NCBI GenBank assembly: GCA_951406725.2
Contig: OX597822.1
Span: 89,342,001 to 89,406,000, forward strand
Reading direction: 5' to 3'
Origin: Octopus vulgaris
Taxonomy: Eukaryota
DNA: 64,000 nt
Shown here: one piece after another, positions 11,062 through 22,634 of the stretch
Numbering within the stretch: position 1 is the stretch's first letter
Layout of the letters: each line of letters opens with the position of its first letter
Translations under genes and position numbers: made by a program
The notes under the pieces: model-generated
What the model was told of the DNA's origin: nothing
What the model saw: only the letters and a program-made list of their open reading frames with translations
Databases searched by the model: none

Positions 11062-13175
11062 CATAATCATCATTTAACATTCATTGTCCATGCTGGCATA
11101 GGTTGGATGGTTTGATTGGGCTGGCATGCTGGAAGGCTGCACTAGGCTTCAGTCTGATTTGATATTGATTTCTGCAGCTGGATGCCCTTCCTAATGCCAA
11201 CCACTCTGAGAATGTACTGGGTGCTTTTACATGCCATTTGCATGACACTGGGGTGTGTTTACTTGCTACCGGCACGAGTGCCAATTTGTTTCACACCGGT
11301 ATCTGTCAAAACTGTGATTATGCTTGACTTGATGGGTCTTCTTTTCAAGCACAACATAATGCTAAAGGTCTTGGTCATTGTCTCCATGAGGCCCAACGCT
11401 TCAAAGAAACTCAGCCACTTTGCTTCTGTGAGGCCCAATGCCTGAAAGGAACTCAGCCACCTTGTCTCTGTGAGGTGCAACACTCGAAAGGAACTCAGCC
11501 ACTTTGCCTCCACATGAGCCAAAGCTCAAAAGGAACTTGGCCACTTTGTCTCCATGAGGCCCAACACTCAAGAGGAACTCTGCCACTTTGCCTCTGTGAA
11601 GCCCAATGTTCAAAAGATGTTCTTTATATACTACCAGCACAGGTGTACTTAGTTTGACAGGTCCTCTCAAGCACAGCACATTGCCAAAGGTCTCGGTCAC
11701 CAATCATTGCCTCTGTGAGGGTCAAAGTTCAAAGATCATGCTTTACCACCTTGTTCCAGTCTTCCTGCATCTACCTCTACCACAAGTTCCCTCCACAATT
11801 AGAGATCGCCACTTCTTTACACAGCTGTCCTTGTCCATATGCATCACATGACCATACTAGCACAGTCATCTCCCTTGCACACCACATCTGATGCTTAATA
11901 TGCCTAACTTTTTCTCTCAAGATGCTTACACTCTGTCGAACATGCAAACCCGAACATTGCACATCCAGCGAAATGGTTTCATTTCTTTCAAGCCTATGCA
12001 TGCCCTCGGCTGTTATAACCCATGTATCACTGCCATGCAACATAACTGTTCGTACACAGGCATCAAACAATCTGCCTTTCACTCTGAGTGAGAGGTCCAT
12101 TTTTTGCTAGCAAGGGTAAGAGCTTTCTGAACTTTTCCCAGCCAATTCTCATTCTCACAGCTATGCTCTTGGAACATCTACCTCCACTGCCAACATAGTC
12201 ACCTAGATAAAGGAAGCTACCTACTGTCTCAAGCTTGCCCCACATGCAGTTGATGGAGTCTATTTTCTGTACATTTTCAGCATTTATTGCACCAGTGCAC
12301 CTTCCACATACAGAAGTTAGTCTCCCTGTTAACCTTCCTCTAATGTTGCAGCACCTTTTATGTGTCCAAAACTTCCACTGGGTGCACCTTATGGAGTTCT
12401 AACTACACCTTTCCCACAGATTAAGCAGAGCCATCTACCTGAAGGGATTTGAGATTTGTCTGCCTTCCTACTCACTATAACTTTGGTTTTTGTTAGGTTA
12501 ACTCTAAGGCCTTTTGATTCTAGACCTTGCTTCCAAACCTGGAACTTCTCTAGTTCAGCTATAAAAGCAAGGTCATCAGCATAGAGAAGCAGCCCATCTT
12601 GAATTCTTCTGTTATTGCTTGGAGGACTATGATTAATAAGAGGGGACTGAACACCAATCCTTGGTGAACTCCTTCTTGTATGCTGAATTCTTCACTGTAC
12701 TCATTGCCCACCCTCACCTTACTGGTAGCGTCCCTGTACAAGGCTTGTATGGCTTTCACCAACCAGTTGTCTATCCCTAGTTTCTGCACTGACCACCAGA
12801 TAAGGGATCAGGAAACCCTGTCAAAAGCTTTCTACAAGTCAACAAAAGCCAAGTACAGTGGCTAGGAATTTCTCCTGCAGTTGCCTTACCAGAAGTATAG
12901 CATCAGTGGTGCTTGTACCTGGCACAAAACCAAACTGCATCTCATCTCGACTAACTCTCTCCCTAATTAGTTGGGCTATGACTCTCTGCATAACTTTCAT
13001 CACCTGATCCAACAATTTGATACCTCTGTAATTATATCTATTTAAGGCATCATCTTTACCTTTGTAGCAGTTGATTATGGTGCTGCTACACCAGTCTTTG
13101 GGTATGACTCTTTCATGAACCATCTGATTTGCAATACGTGTGACTAAACCATAACCCACACCACCAGACATTTTT
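11062..13175 (-). mobile_element. 5'-truncated RTE LINE (RT, C-terminal region, 3' UTR)
   Basis: YRGIKLL, QFGFVPG.STTDAI, GVHQG, FLYLGD, LSLRVKGRLF in shifted frames. 3' UTR repeats and (GAT)n-like tail. Confidence 0.92.
11385..11612. repeat. ~42-bp tandem repeat, about 5.5 units, in the RTE 3' UTR
   Basis: Unit approximately GAGGCCCAACACTCGAAAGGAACTCAGCCACTTTGCCTCTGT. Confidence 0.9.
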
Positions 13176-14484
13176 AATTACAAAGGGGAAAAAAAAAAAA
13201 ATCCATCTCCACTTCAAATGTTGCTAAAACCTTGTGTTTTAGCAAATATTCTAATATTCTTCAAGTAAAATGGTTGGATGATTTTAGAGTTAACCAACTT
13301 TATTTTAACTTTGAGTTATGAAGAATATTCACGAAGACAGGTGAAACTTACAGTTGAGATGAAAAAATGAAATATGGCGATATCTTATATGACAGACATG
13401 TATCCATTCCCTACCTGAATACAAAAGGTAGTTGTAAACATTGATGAGGATGAAGCACAAATTATGTCATTCATTTTGCATTTATATTAAGTTGAAGAGT
13501 TCTCGCAAATTAACCTTCAAGACATTGAGGGATTATACTATAAATAAAAGAATTGATAAAATTATATAAATCTAAGCCATCAAAAGAATGTATTCCATCA
13601 TTCTCTTGGTGGAATACACATATGTAACAGTAGATTGAGTTGTTTAAAGCAGAAGAAAACAAGTTTCAAAAAGAAGAAAACCAAATAGTGAAATGTCATC
13701 AACAAATTTTTATTTACCTCTGGTCAGTTTGACATGTCTCAGGTTAGCAGTAGCAGGCAATGAAAATATTATTGTAAGTAGCAGCAGGCTAATGCAAATA
13801 TTCTTGTTTGTGTGCTATGAGAAGTGTTGGAAGCAGTATGTCTAACAGGTCAAGCTGTCTGCTAGAAAGCAAAACAGAAAAAGAACTGACCGTTGTGTTG
13901 GAGCAATCGAAAACTACTGTCCCTGGGGCTTTGGGGGAGGTTCTATTTATATTTTCTGAGGAAACTTAATATCAGCACCAGAACAAAGGGGATGTTATCC
14001 CTTATCTATATTTCAACTCTCAGTGACCTATGAAAACTACTTAATTTAAAGAAATGAGATAAAATATGACAGCTGACCACATAAATCCTTATGTTAGAGA
14101 AAGAAAAAAATATTGGAGTGAAATCTAAGTTATAGTTTTAATTCTCAAGCTAAAAGAATATATATAACATACATATGTATATCTTAACATGGTATAATAA
14201 AATATTTCATTTCATGATTTGTATAGTTATTTTTAACTGTACAGTAATGTTATCTTTGATTTATGAGAATACATATCTCATGTCAAATTATCAAATAGTA
14301 ACAGAAAATGTGTTAAGTATTAAAAATATAACATTCATAAATCATCTTTAAAATGTATATAGCTGAGGTTGTATAAAAATCTAGTGTTAAGAGGCTGTTA
14401 TCACCCTGTTATATCTTATTTCCAGTTTCAATATATTTCTGGTCGTATATAGCTTTCATAAAACTACTTTTGACATATATGTGA

Positions 14485-15348
14485 TTACTTCTCTGTATGA
14501 ACACATAAATGCATAGTTAAGTGACTTTTTTGAGTGAATGATTTACCACAAATATCACAATTAAATGGCTTCTCTCCCGTATGAATATACTTGTGCTTAG
14601 TTAAGCTACCAGTATGAGAGAATGATTTACCACAGATATCACAACAATAGGGTTCCTCTCTTGTATGAATGCGCTTGTGTATAGTTAATTCACCACTCTG
14701 AGATAGTGATTTACCACAGATATCACATTGATATGGTTTCTCTCCTGTGTGAATCCGTTTATGAGCAATTAAGGTACCCCCTTGTGAGAATGACTTACCA
14801 CAGATATCACAGCGATATGGCTTCTCTCCTGTATGAATACGTATGTGTTTAGTTAATTCACTTGTTTGAGAGAACGACTTACCACAGATATCACAGTGAT
14901 GTGGTTTTTCTCCACTATGAATACGTAGATGAGTAGTTAAGTTACTGCTTCCAGTGAATGATTTACCACAGATATCGCACTGATATGGTTTCTCGCCAGT
15001 ATGAATACGTTTGTGTTTAGTTAAGTTACTTCCTTCAGAGAATGATTTACCACAGATGTCACAGTGATATGGCTTCTCCCCTGTATGAATCCGTTTGTGT
15101 ACAGTTAACTCATCATTTCGAGAAAATGATTTACCACAGATATCACAGCTAAATGGTTTCTCTCCAGTATGAGTACGTTGGTGAGAAGTTAAATCACCAC
15201 TTCCAGAAAATGATTTACCACAGATATCACAGTGATATGGTTTCTCTCCTGTATGAATGCGTTTGTGAGTAGTGAGATTACCTCTTTGAGAGAATGATTT
15301 GTGACATACATCACAGTGGTATGATGATTTTTTAATCTCTTTCGGCAT
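14485..15348 (-). CDS. C2H2 zinc-finger protein (ZNF-2), 287 aa, 10 fingers
   Basis: Intact ORF with ten canonical fingers and TGEKP-type linkers. It ends HLCVHTEK*, like ZNF-4 (HACIHTEK*). Confidence 0.92.
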   Translation of the reverse strand: MPKEIKKSSYHCDVCHKSFSQRGNLTTHKRIHTGEKPYHCDICGKSFSGSGDLTSHQRTHTGEKPFSCDICGKSFSRNDELTVHKRIHTGEKPYHCDICGKSFSEGSNLTKHKRIHTGEKPYQCDICGKSFTGSSNLTTHLRIHSGEKPHHCDICGKSFSQTSELTKHIRIHTGEKPYRCDICGKSFSQGGTLIAHKRIHTGEKPYQCDICGKSLSQSGELTIHKRIHTREEPYCCDICGKSFSHTGSLTKHKYIHTGEKPFNCDICGKSFTQKSHLTMHLCVHTEK

Positions 15349-15687
15349 CTCTTCAGGTAAAAAATATCAATCATTAAAGCTGTTCGTTTTTGCAGAATTT
15401 TTCTTGCTTTTGTAGTCTTTTCCTGTCAAATATTTCTCCTCTAGTTTGAACACCTGTTATTGTTATTGTAATCCAAGTTTCATCTTGTATGCATTTTAGA
15501 CAGTAAAATAGAGAAATTTTGTCAATAATCTCACACACAACAAACATTCTACAGTAATTCCACAATAGATTTATACAAACAAAGTGATATCTGTTCTCTA
15601 AAGCATCTTCCTTTTGTCTTCAAAAGATGATAAATATTGATGGCTTATCTGAGTAAAAAATTCTCTCATCGCAATGTCATCTGATAT

Positions 15688-15720
15688 TCTGAAATAAAAG
15701 AAACAGTATAACATATAGAT
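15688..15720 (-). promoter_or_regulatory. 3' splice acceptor of the ZNF-2 coding exon
   Basis: Minus strand TTATACTGTTTCTTTTATTTCAG|AATATC, homologous to the ZNF-4 acceptor. Confidence 0.7.
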
Positions 15721-16537
15721 ACTTAAAATGTAGAGATGCAACAATGAAAATTTTACTATATTTCTATGCTGATAAACTATACACCACATTTATTCTATTT
15801 ATGTCTTAATACACACTCATATACAATATGTACTTCTAATTATGGGGAATGATATCTCCAGTATTAAATATGCTACTTTTCTACAGTGATGTCAACACTG
15901 TGGAAATCACATTTTTTTCAAAATATGAAAATTTGATTTTTCGAATGTTGAAGTCAAATAAGTTTATATTTAGTCTTACTATTCAGTTTGTACAGAAATG
16001 TACATTATTTTTCATCTTGTGGGAAAACAAAATATTTAGCATTTAAGCATGAATTTTCTAAAACCCATCAAAAATTTTTATTAAGCATCCTCTTTTTTAT
16101 ATATGGTGCTTAGATTATGTTTCAACCCCAACAAAATATTCTCTTTTTAAGGAGAATTTTAATAAATTGAAAGAGCATTTTAAATTTTCAGAAGATGAGA
16201 AAAATATTTTAAACTACTTGTAACAAGATGGATATTATAAGTTAGAATTACCACTTTAAAAAGTATATTTTATAATGTGCATTTAAGAAGATTTCAAATG
16301 TATGTCTTTTACATGGATGTAAAAATTATCAGAAGGCAATATTCTTTCATTAATAAACATAGCAATTTATTTCTTGATGGTAAATTTTACATGTGGTAGT
16401 AAAGAAATTTGGTCACTGAAAGGTTAGCATTGATGTGTTATTCAAGGATGTGGAATAATGAGAGAAAAAAATGTATGTGCAATAGAAAATGTAATGTGTG
16501 TGTATATAAGAAATATCTTAGCATGTCATTATCCACA

Positions 16538-16834
16538 TGTGACTGATATCCACTGGACAGCTAAATAAGAGTGTGTTAACATGTTAGATTCGAAGCAGCA
16601 ACTTTTAAGGATCCATAGCGTGTTGAGTTAGATGAGCCACAACCTCGTCAATAGTTTAGTGTCTATATCTGAACAGGATAAAACAAAGCAGCGACTAAAG
16701 GAACTAGGTGTTAACGTTCTAACAATTAGACAGAAACTGAATAAATGCTCTTAAAAAGCAGATGTTGTTACTCTGGGTGGAAGTGATGAAACAGTTCGAC
16801 AGCTAGCCTCAATTAGCTACATTAGTGACCCGAC
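16538..16834 (+). mobile_element. Possible LTR with adjacent PBS-like motif
   Basis: TGTGAC...GCTACA (16538-16821) with internal AATAAA, followed by TTAGTGACCCGAC, which resembles a Gypsy-type TGGTGACCCCGAC primer-binding site. Confidence 0.45.
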
Positions 16835-17462
16835 ATTGGAATATTTTATTGAATTGTTTACACAATATCAGTGCCTGTTCAGCTCTTTTGTTTGACACCT
16901 AGTACATTATCTCAAGCTCCCTGCACTCTTGTCAGACACAGCTTGCCTCTATTGGACCCATAGTTGGTTACGTAATTAACAGAAAAGGCTGTCTGTCTTT
17001 TGCAACATGCCAGCATGCGATACTGTTGTCCTTGCTAACCTTAGCAAATGAGCACAAAAATAATGCCAGGAACAACTTGCTTCAATTTTTTCCATAGCCA
17101 TTGCTAGCTCATATTACACATTCGGCAACTCCAATAATTTCTACAATTCTGAATTCAATGGAAAAAAAGTGAAAATCATGTAGGTGAAAGTATTGAAATT
17201 TACCCTTTTGTATACATCATGAAACTCAACACCTTAAAATCGTAATAGTAACAATACAGTAAATTGGTCAGTTATATTACATCAAAACCACTACATCAAG
17301 TTTGTAAGAAGTCTGTATGCAACTTAATTATTAACCCATCCACATGGAACTGTGGATGGGTTAATTTGGCAATCAATCGTTTTGGGTTTCAGTGTTGTCA
17401 CTTGCAACTTGCCATTCGTTAGTTAGTTATCATATATTGTTGTCTCATTCAATCCCTAACCC

Positions 17463-19844
17463 CAGTGTTGCCAACTTAAAATCAGAATTTAATGCTAAAT
17501 TTCAGTAGAAAAAATACAAAAAAATGCTAAATATGACAAAAAAAAATGTTAAAGACTAATTATATCAAAAATCTTAATATTTATTTACTTACTTTAATTA
17601 TATTCAGCATTGAAAAATAATTTCTTGAATTTCACTGATTTGATCACTTTCAGCTGCAGTGCCTAGGTCTTGACTTCTGTATACATTCAAGGTCCCAATC
17701 TTGTTAATTATGTGTTTTGGAATATCAAAGTTTTTGCAACATTTGCCATATCTTTTCAGGCCATATTTTATTGACAATATTGATCTTCCTATGAAAGATG
17801 CATTTTGTTTTTCAATTTTGATTTGATTACACCCATACTACTGAACAACCATTCAACTTCTGCATTTGAGTTTGGCAATGTCAGTAGATTAATGGCAAAA
17901 TTTGCAACATCTCTAAAAGGACTTCCTCCAGTAGCATCTTTATATTCCAAGACTTCCAGCCAGAATGCCTCAGTATTAGATGTATTTGTCCATTTAACTA
18001 AATGAATGTTATTAAACTGAATTTCAATTGAAGCAATTTTTTCTTCATTTAAATGCATTGCTTCAAAGAACCAATTTTACCTGTCTTAACAGGTAAAATT
18101 GGCTCTTTGAAATACTGCAAAATATTCTCTACTGAAAAACCTTTGATATTCCTCAGTATATTAATATTTCCTGGCAAACAGTGTTTGAGCTCTTTATAAA
18201 GGCAGAGTAAAAATTGTTGCGCTCTCTTTTGCAAATATTATTTTCTTCAGTGGCTGTTAGTCTTCTTGATAATCATTTCTGCTATCTTTCTCTCGAACCT
18301 GTAGCCTAAATCTGGATTAGGATCCAGAAATTTTTCAATAGAAGCATCAGGATCAAGAAGATCAATTCTACATGTTGGCATCACTATCATATTAGCAACA
18401 GATTTGATCAAATTTGAAAGATCTTCAAGTAATTTTGTTTTGTTGACAATGTTTGATTCAAACAGTTTATTCACTTCCTGAACAGGTTTTAAAATTGGAT
18501 GCAAAAATAAAAGGTAAGGTTCATTCCTAGAATCACAAAACATTTCATGTAACATTTGTGCTGTAAAGCATTTTTCTTTTGTAGTTGTAGTTTGGAAGTG
18601 AGTTTGCAATTCAAACCATTGGCTTAAAATTCTATTTACTGCTAGTTCTATTGACAGCTAGTTCTATTGACAGTTGTACAAGAATTCATGATCTTCAACG
18701 GCTCTTTATCATTAATAGCAAACTAAAGGTTCAAAGTTTCCCTAAGACACCTGATGAAGGATGGAGGGTATAGCAGCCGAAACGTGTTAACAAACAAGAT
18801 GAGGGCAAATATCCATCAGATGTAAATAATATCGAGGCATTCTTTTGATCTAACTCAACAAAATCAAAACATTTCACTTTGGGTATTTCCATGGGTTATG
18901 GAGTATAGATATAACTAAATTATACCAGCAATGTCTCATTTTAAACTTTCAGAACCTTGGTTTTGTTTGCTTTTGCCTCAGTTTCACGTATATATGTCAC
19001 TTGCTGCCTATTTGTTATTGTGAGTTCGTCTCTGTCTGTGTTTTTTGTTATTTGAACTGTTGTCTTGTGACAAACAGTAATTTTTGCCCTACGGGGCAGA
19101 AAATTTCTGGAGAGGAAGACCCTGCCACCGAGAGAATACAAGAAACGATGGAAGGATGTGATGAGAAAGGTGGGTGTTAGTAACCCAGCTTAATCATTGA
19201 TGGAAAGAAAAGATAGTTGCTGGGCCTTATAGGCTGCCGGGTTCGATCTTTTAAACTTTTATTCGTTTTCTTTTTATTTAAAAAAAAGTTCTAGTTTAAA
19301 GGAAATTAATCGTTGTATAAAATATTTTTTAGTAAATTTTTAAAATGATATTCATACGAACTCATGTAACATTTTTTGTATTTGTTTGTCTTGTAATGTC
19401 CCTTTCTATGTAAGATCATTTTGATCATAATAAAGATTTCATTTTAAACTTGAAGAAAAAAAAGCCTTGCATATTTGTTCTTACCTGTTTCATGAAAACA
19501 GAATCGAACTGTCATTTGCTTCTACGGAAATACCCGAAGTGAAATGTTTTGATTTTGTCGAGTTAAATCGAAAGAATGCCAATATTGATAAACTCCCTTT
19601 TGAAGTTTCAAGAAAGTGAAAGAAAAATTCAACAATAGCCGATAGTATTAAAATTTGGCTATAAGATACATTAACGAAAGTAGAAAAGGAGGAAAAAGAA
19701 GAAAAAAGGGTAACTATTGAGGAAATGTCATGATCAGAGAAAAATGCTAAACAAAATTTTAAACCTGCTGTTTTCCCTGCTAAATGCCAGATTCAAAAAA
19801 AATTCTGCTAAATGCTGAAAAAAATGCTAGATCTGGCAACCCTG
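17463..19844 (-). mobile_element. Defective hAT DNA transposon
   Basis: TIRs CAGTGTTGCCAAC / TCTGGCAACCCTG and a degenerate 8-bp TSD (CCTAACCC / CCCGACCC). Broken transposase with the hAT dimerisation motif FW...LLTLPNSNAEVEWLFS.M..IKSKLKN (17789-18058). Confidence 0.88.
18746..18790 (+). ncRNA. Degenerate hammerhead-ribozyme-like motif inserted in the hAT element
   Basis: GACAC-CTGATGA-A-GGATG...CAGCC-GAAAC-GTGTT. Stem I (GACAC/GTGTT) and both core boxes are present, but there is no room for the cleavage triplet. Confidence 0.55.
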
Positions 19845-20894
19845 CCCGACCCCTTGTCTGTCCCATCTATGTTTGACCCTTTTGGTTAATTAAAAATAAA
19901 TTCGTTCGTTATTTTCCGGTAAGTTTTATTTATTTACTTTTGATGTGTCGAAGTGTAAGAAGAGTGGCACGTCTATAAAAGATGCGTGCGTAATGGTTGT
20001 ATGTACGTGTATATAAAAATAATGGTTGTATGTATGTGTACATGAAAAATAATCGTTGAACATGACGTGTGTATTTATGTGTGTTTACGTGTATATGAAA
20101 GCTAATGGGTGTACGTGTGTGCAAGCGTGTTGTTTTATGTATTTGTATCCACTCACATACGCACACAAAGACACCCAGTATCTTTCATATACACGCACAT
20201 ACATACATGTGCATACTTTTTTGCATGTATATGTGTGGAATGTAGATAACAAAAACAATGTCGCATTCTAAACTTGAGAAAATACCTTGCATATTTATAA
20301 TGTGCGAGTTATGTTTGTATGTAAGCATGCATTTTTGTGCATGTATGTGTATGCGGCTAGGATTCGTTCTTACCTGCTTCATTTGTGTATTTAAAATCCG
20401 TAAATTTCCAAGAAGGAAACGAGATCAACGTCGAAAAAGCTGTATTAGTTAAAATAGCCCGTGTGTTTACAGTTGGTTGACAACACGTGCAGTTACGCAT
20501 GGAAACTAACGAACGAACTTGACAATTCTGAGACCCAAAGCGATTGATTGTCACCAATAATTCCACGCTTTTATAGTTTCACTTTAGATTGGCATCGGCA
20601 CGATATAACTATACAGAAAGGGATTCTACCTAGTCTCGCTGGTTCAAATTAAGGACAAACTCTGGGTTGAAAACCTACTTGTAAACATTTATACGAAGGA
20701 AAACAACTACAAATAAACCTTGCAACAAATTTTACCCCAAAACCATCGATTCCAACAACTGGAAGCGACAAAATTTTTGTAAGCACACAAGCTTTAAAAA
20801 GTTAATAAGATTTGCAAGTGCATAGTTACATGAAATATCTTTTCCACTGTATTCAATAATATAAATGCAAAATTGGAAATAAACCGGTTACAGC

Positions 20895-21080
20895 TGACTT
20901 ACCGTTAAAAGTAGTATCCATAATTCCAAATACTAAGACCCACTGTCACAAACTAGGGTTTGAAGCTGATTCAATGAACGGCTTACATCTAAACAAAACT
21001 TCGCTAATGGCAGCCAGCAGTCAACATCTGGTTGAGCATGCGCATAACCAAATGAAAATGGCAGTAACGAGAAGCAAACA
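20895..21080 (-). promoter_or_regulatory. Candidate promoter / non-coding first exon of ZNF-2
   Basis: Minus-strand donor AACG|GTAAGT (GT at 20902), local CpG enrichment, YY1-like GCCATTTT and NRF1-like GCATGCGCA. A second donor GCAG|GTAAG lies at 20373. Confidence 0.45.
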
Positions 21081-21086
21081 ATATTT

Positions 21087-21867
21087 GGGATCTTTTCGGT
21101 TTGAACGGCAGTTTTTTAACGTAATTTCTAGGTAACTAAAAAATTTTAAACTTCGTATACTGGTAGAATGTGTTGATAAAACATCTTTTTCTCTTGGCTT
21201 TATTGAGAAAATTCTATAGTTTGTAAGATATTTGTTTTTTTTTCTTCAATTTCTGCAATTTCAACCAATCAGTGACGTCTATTGAGATAAAAAGCATTCT
21301 GTGCCGCATGAATATGTCCCTCGTTTAAAAAACAGATTGGGTTTATTTACATTTGTGAAAAGAAAAAGATACCCTTCCCCCACCCCTAACCCTAAAACAG
21401 ATTGAAATGCAATAGGCGCAGGAGTGGCTGTGTGGTAAGTAGCTTGCTAACCAACCACACGGTTGCGGGTTCAGTCCCACTGCGTGGCATCTTGGGCAAG
21501 TGTCTTCTGCTATAGCCCCGGGCCGACCAATGCCTTGTGAGTGGATTTGGTAGACGGAAACTGAAAGAAGCCTGTCGTATATATGTATATATATATGTAT
21601 GCGTGTGTTTGTGTGTCTGTGTTTGTCCCCCTAGCATTGCTTGACAACCGATGCTGGTGTATTTAGGTCCCCGTCACTTAGCGGTTCGGCAAAAAGAGAC
21701 CGATAGAATAAGTACTAAAAGGTGGTGCTCCAGCATGGCCGCAGTCAAATGACTGAAACAAGTAAAAGAGTAAAAGAGTAAAGAGATCGATTCTAGGGTC
21801 ATAATTATGGGTGACAATTTCATATGACACGGCTAGAAAAAGCTGCCGTTCAAACCGAAAAGATACC
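21087..21867. mobile_element. MITE with ~25-bp TIRs carrying a nested SINE
   Basis: GGGATCTTTTCGGTTTGAACGGCAG ... CTGCCGTTCAAACCGAAAAGATACC. Confidence 0.85.
21413..21785 (+). mobile_element. tRNA-derived SINE (family A), near full length
   Basis: GGCGCAGGAGTGGCTGTGTGGTAAG (box A), GGGTTCAGTCCC (box B), internal (TA/TG)n, and a (GTAAAAGA)n tail. Confidence 0.9.
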
Positions 21868-22152
21868 AATATATTTATAAGTGTGTATATTGATTACTAG
21901 CAAAGGCACTATTTCGTTTTGCAACCATAATATGCTTAAAAACGTTTACAAGTCAATATTGCGTATTACATTTTGTGTTAACAGTGCGATATTCTCATTT
22001 TTAAGTGATTTTCTACAGATTTCAGAGCCAGCACTGTAAGTTACGACATTTCGTATACGAATATGTAAATCGGTCAATCCATTAGAGTTACACTGCTAAA
22101 CTTAGTGGGTATTTAAGCAATGCGTTATTGGGTAGTCTGATGGGTTGGATGT

Positions 22153-22197
22153 GGTGCAGATGAAAGAGCAATAACTCTTGAGATATGCATATATACC
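22153..22197 (+). ncRNA. Type I hammerhead-like motif, copy 1 (degenerate)
   Basis: GGTG-CAGATGA-AAGAG-CAATAA-CTCTT-GAGA-TATGCATA-TA-TACC, with two core substitutions. Confidence 0.6.
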
Positions 22198-22546
22198 TAT
22201 TAACTAACTTTTTTTTTGTTATCTTCGACTGCACTGTTTACATAGCCGTAGTTATAGATAAAACATTGTAATCTATAATGCTGGCCCTGAATTCTCTAGA
22301 AACTCTATAGTTTATCACCTAAAATGAGAATATCGCACTGCTAACACAAAATTTATGGCACAATATTGACTTGTAAATCTTTAATATACTTGGTAGTATA
22401 TTATGGCTGCAAAACGAAATGCTGTTCCCTTACTAGTAATTAATATTTACATACCAGCTGCCAGGAATGTGTTTGATAGGTAAATTAGTCTATCCATTAG
22501 TGTTACACTGCTAAGCAATGTTTATGAATAGTTGAGGAGTTGGACA

Positions 22547-22593
22547 ATGTGTTGATGAAAGAGCTATAACTCTTGAAATATGCATATATACCT
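22547..22593 (+). ncRNA. Type I hammerhead-like motif, copy 2
   Basis: ATGTG-TTGATGA-AAGAG-CTATAA-CTCTT-GAAA-TATGCATA-TA-TACCT. U3 variant core, 5-bp stem II, palindromic stem III, AUA triplet. Confidence 0.65.
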
Positions 22594-22601
22594 ATAACTT
22601 A

Positions 22602-22633
<32 letters not shown>

Positions 22634-22634
<1 letters not shown>

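Larger units (their letters stand above)
21882..22600 (+). mobile_element. Penelope-pLTR/retrozyme-like unit: inverted arm plus direct repeats, each direct repeat containing a hammerhead-like motif
   Basis: 21882-22070 is an imperfect inverted copy of 22236-22455. 22075-22206 is directly repeated at 22489-22600, and both copies contain a hammerhead-like fold. Confidence 0.65.

Noticed and set aside
11385-11612. Regular repeats that look like a CRISPR array (also 6160-6420 and 27990-28190)
   Set aside because: Tandem units without unique fixed-length spacers, embedded in RTE 3' UTRs. No cas genes, and the context is eukaryotic.
21378-21396. Telomeric repeat CCCTAACCCTAA
   Set aside because: Only two units, internal to a MITE. 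Not an interstitial telomere array.
21415-21485. Possible tRNA gene
   Set aside because: Box A/B are present but run into a SINE body and tail, and the sequence recurs at 24821-25204 and 32779-32975. It is a SINE head.
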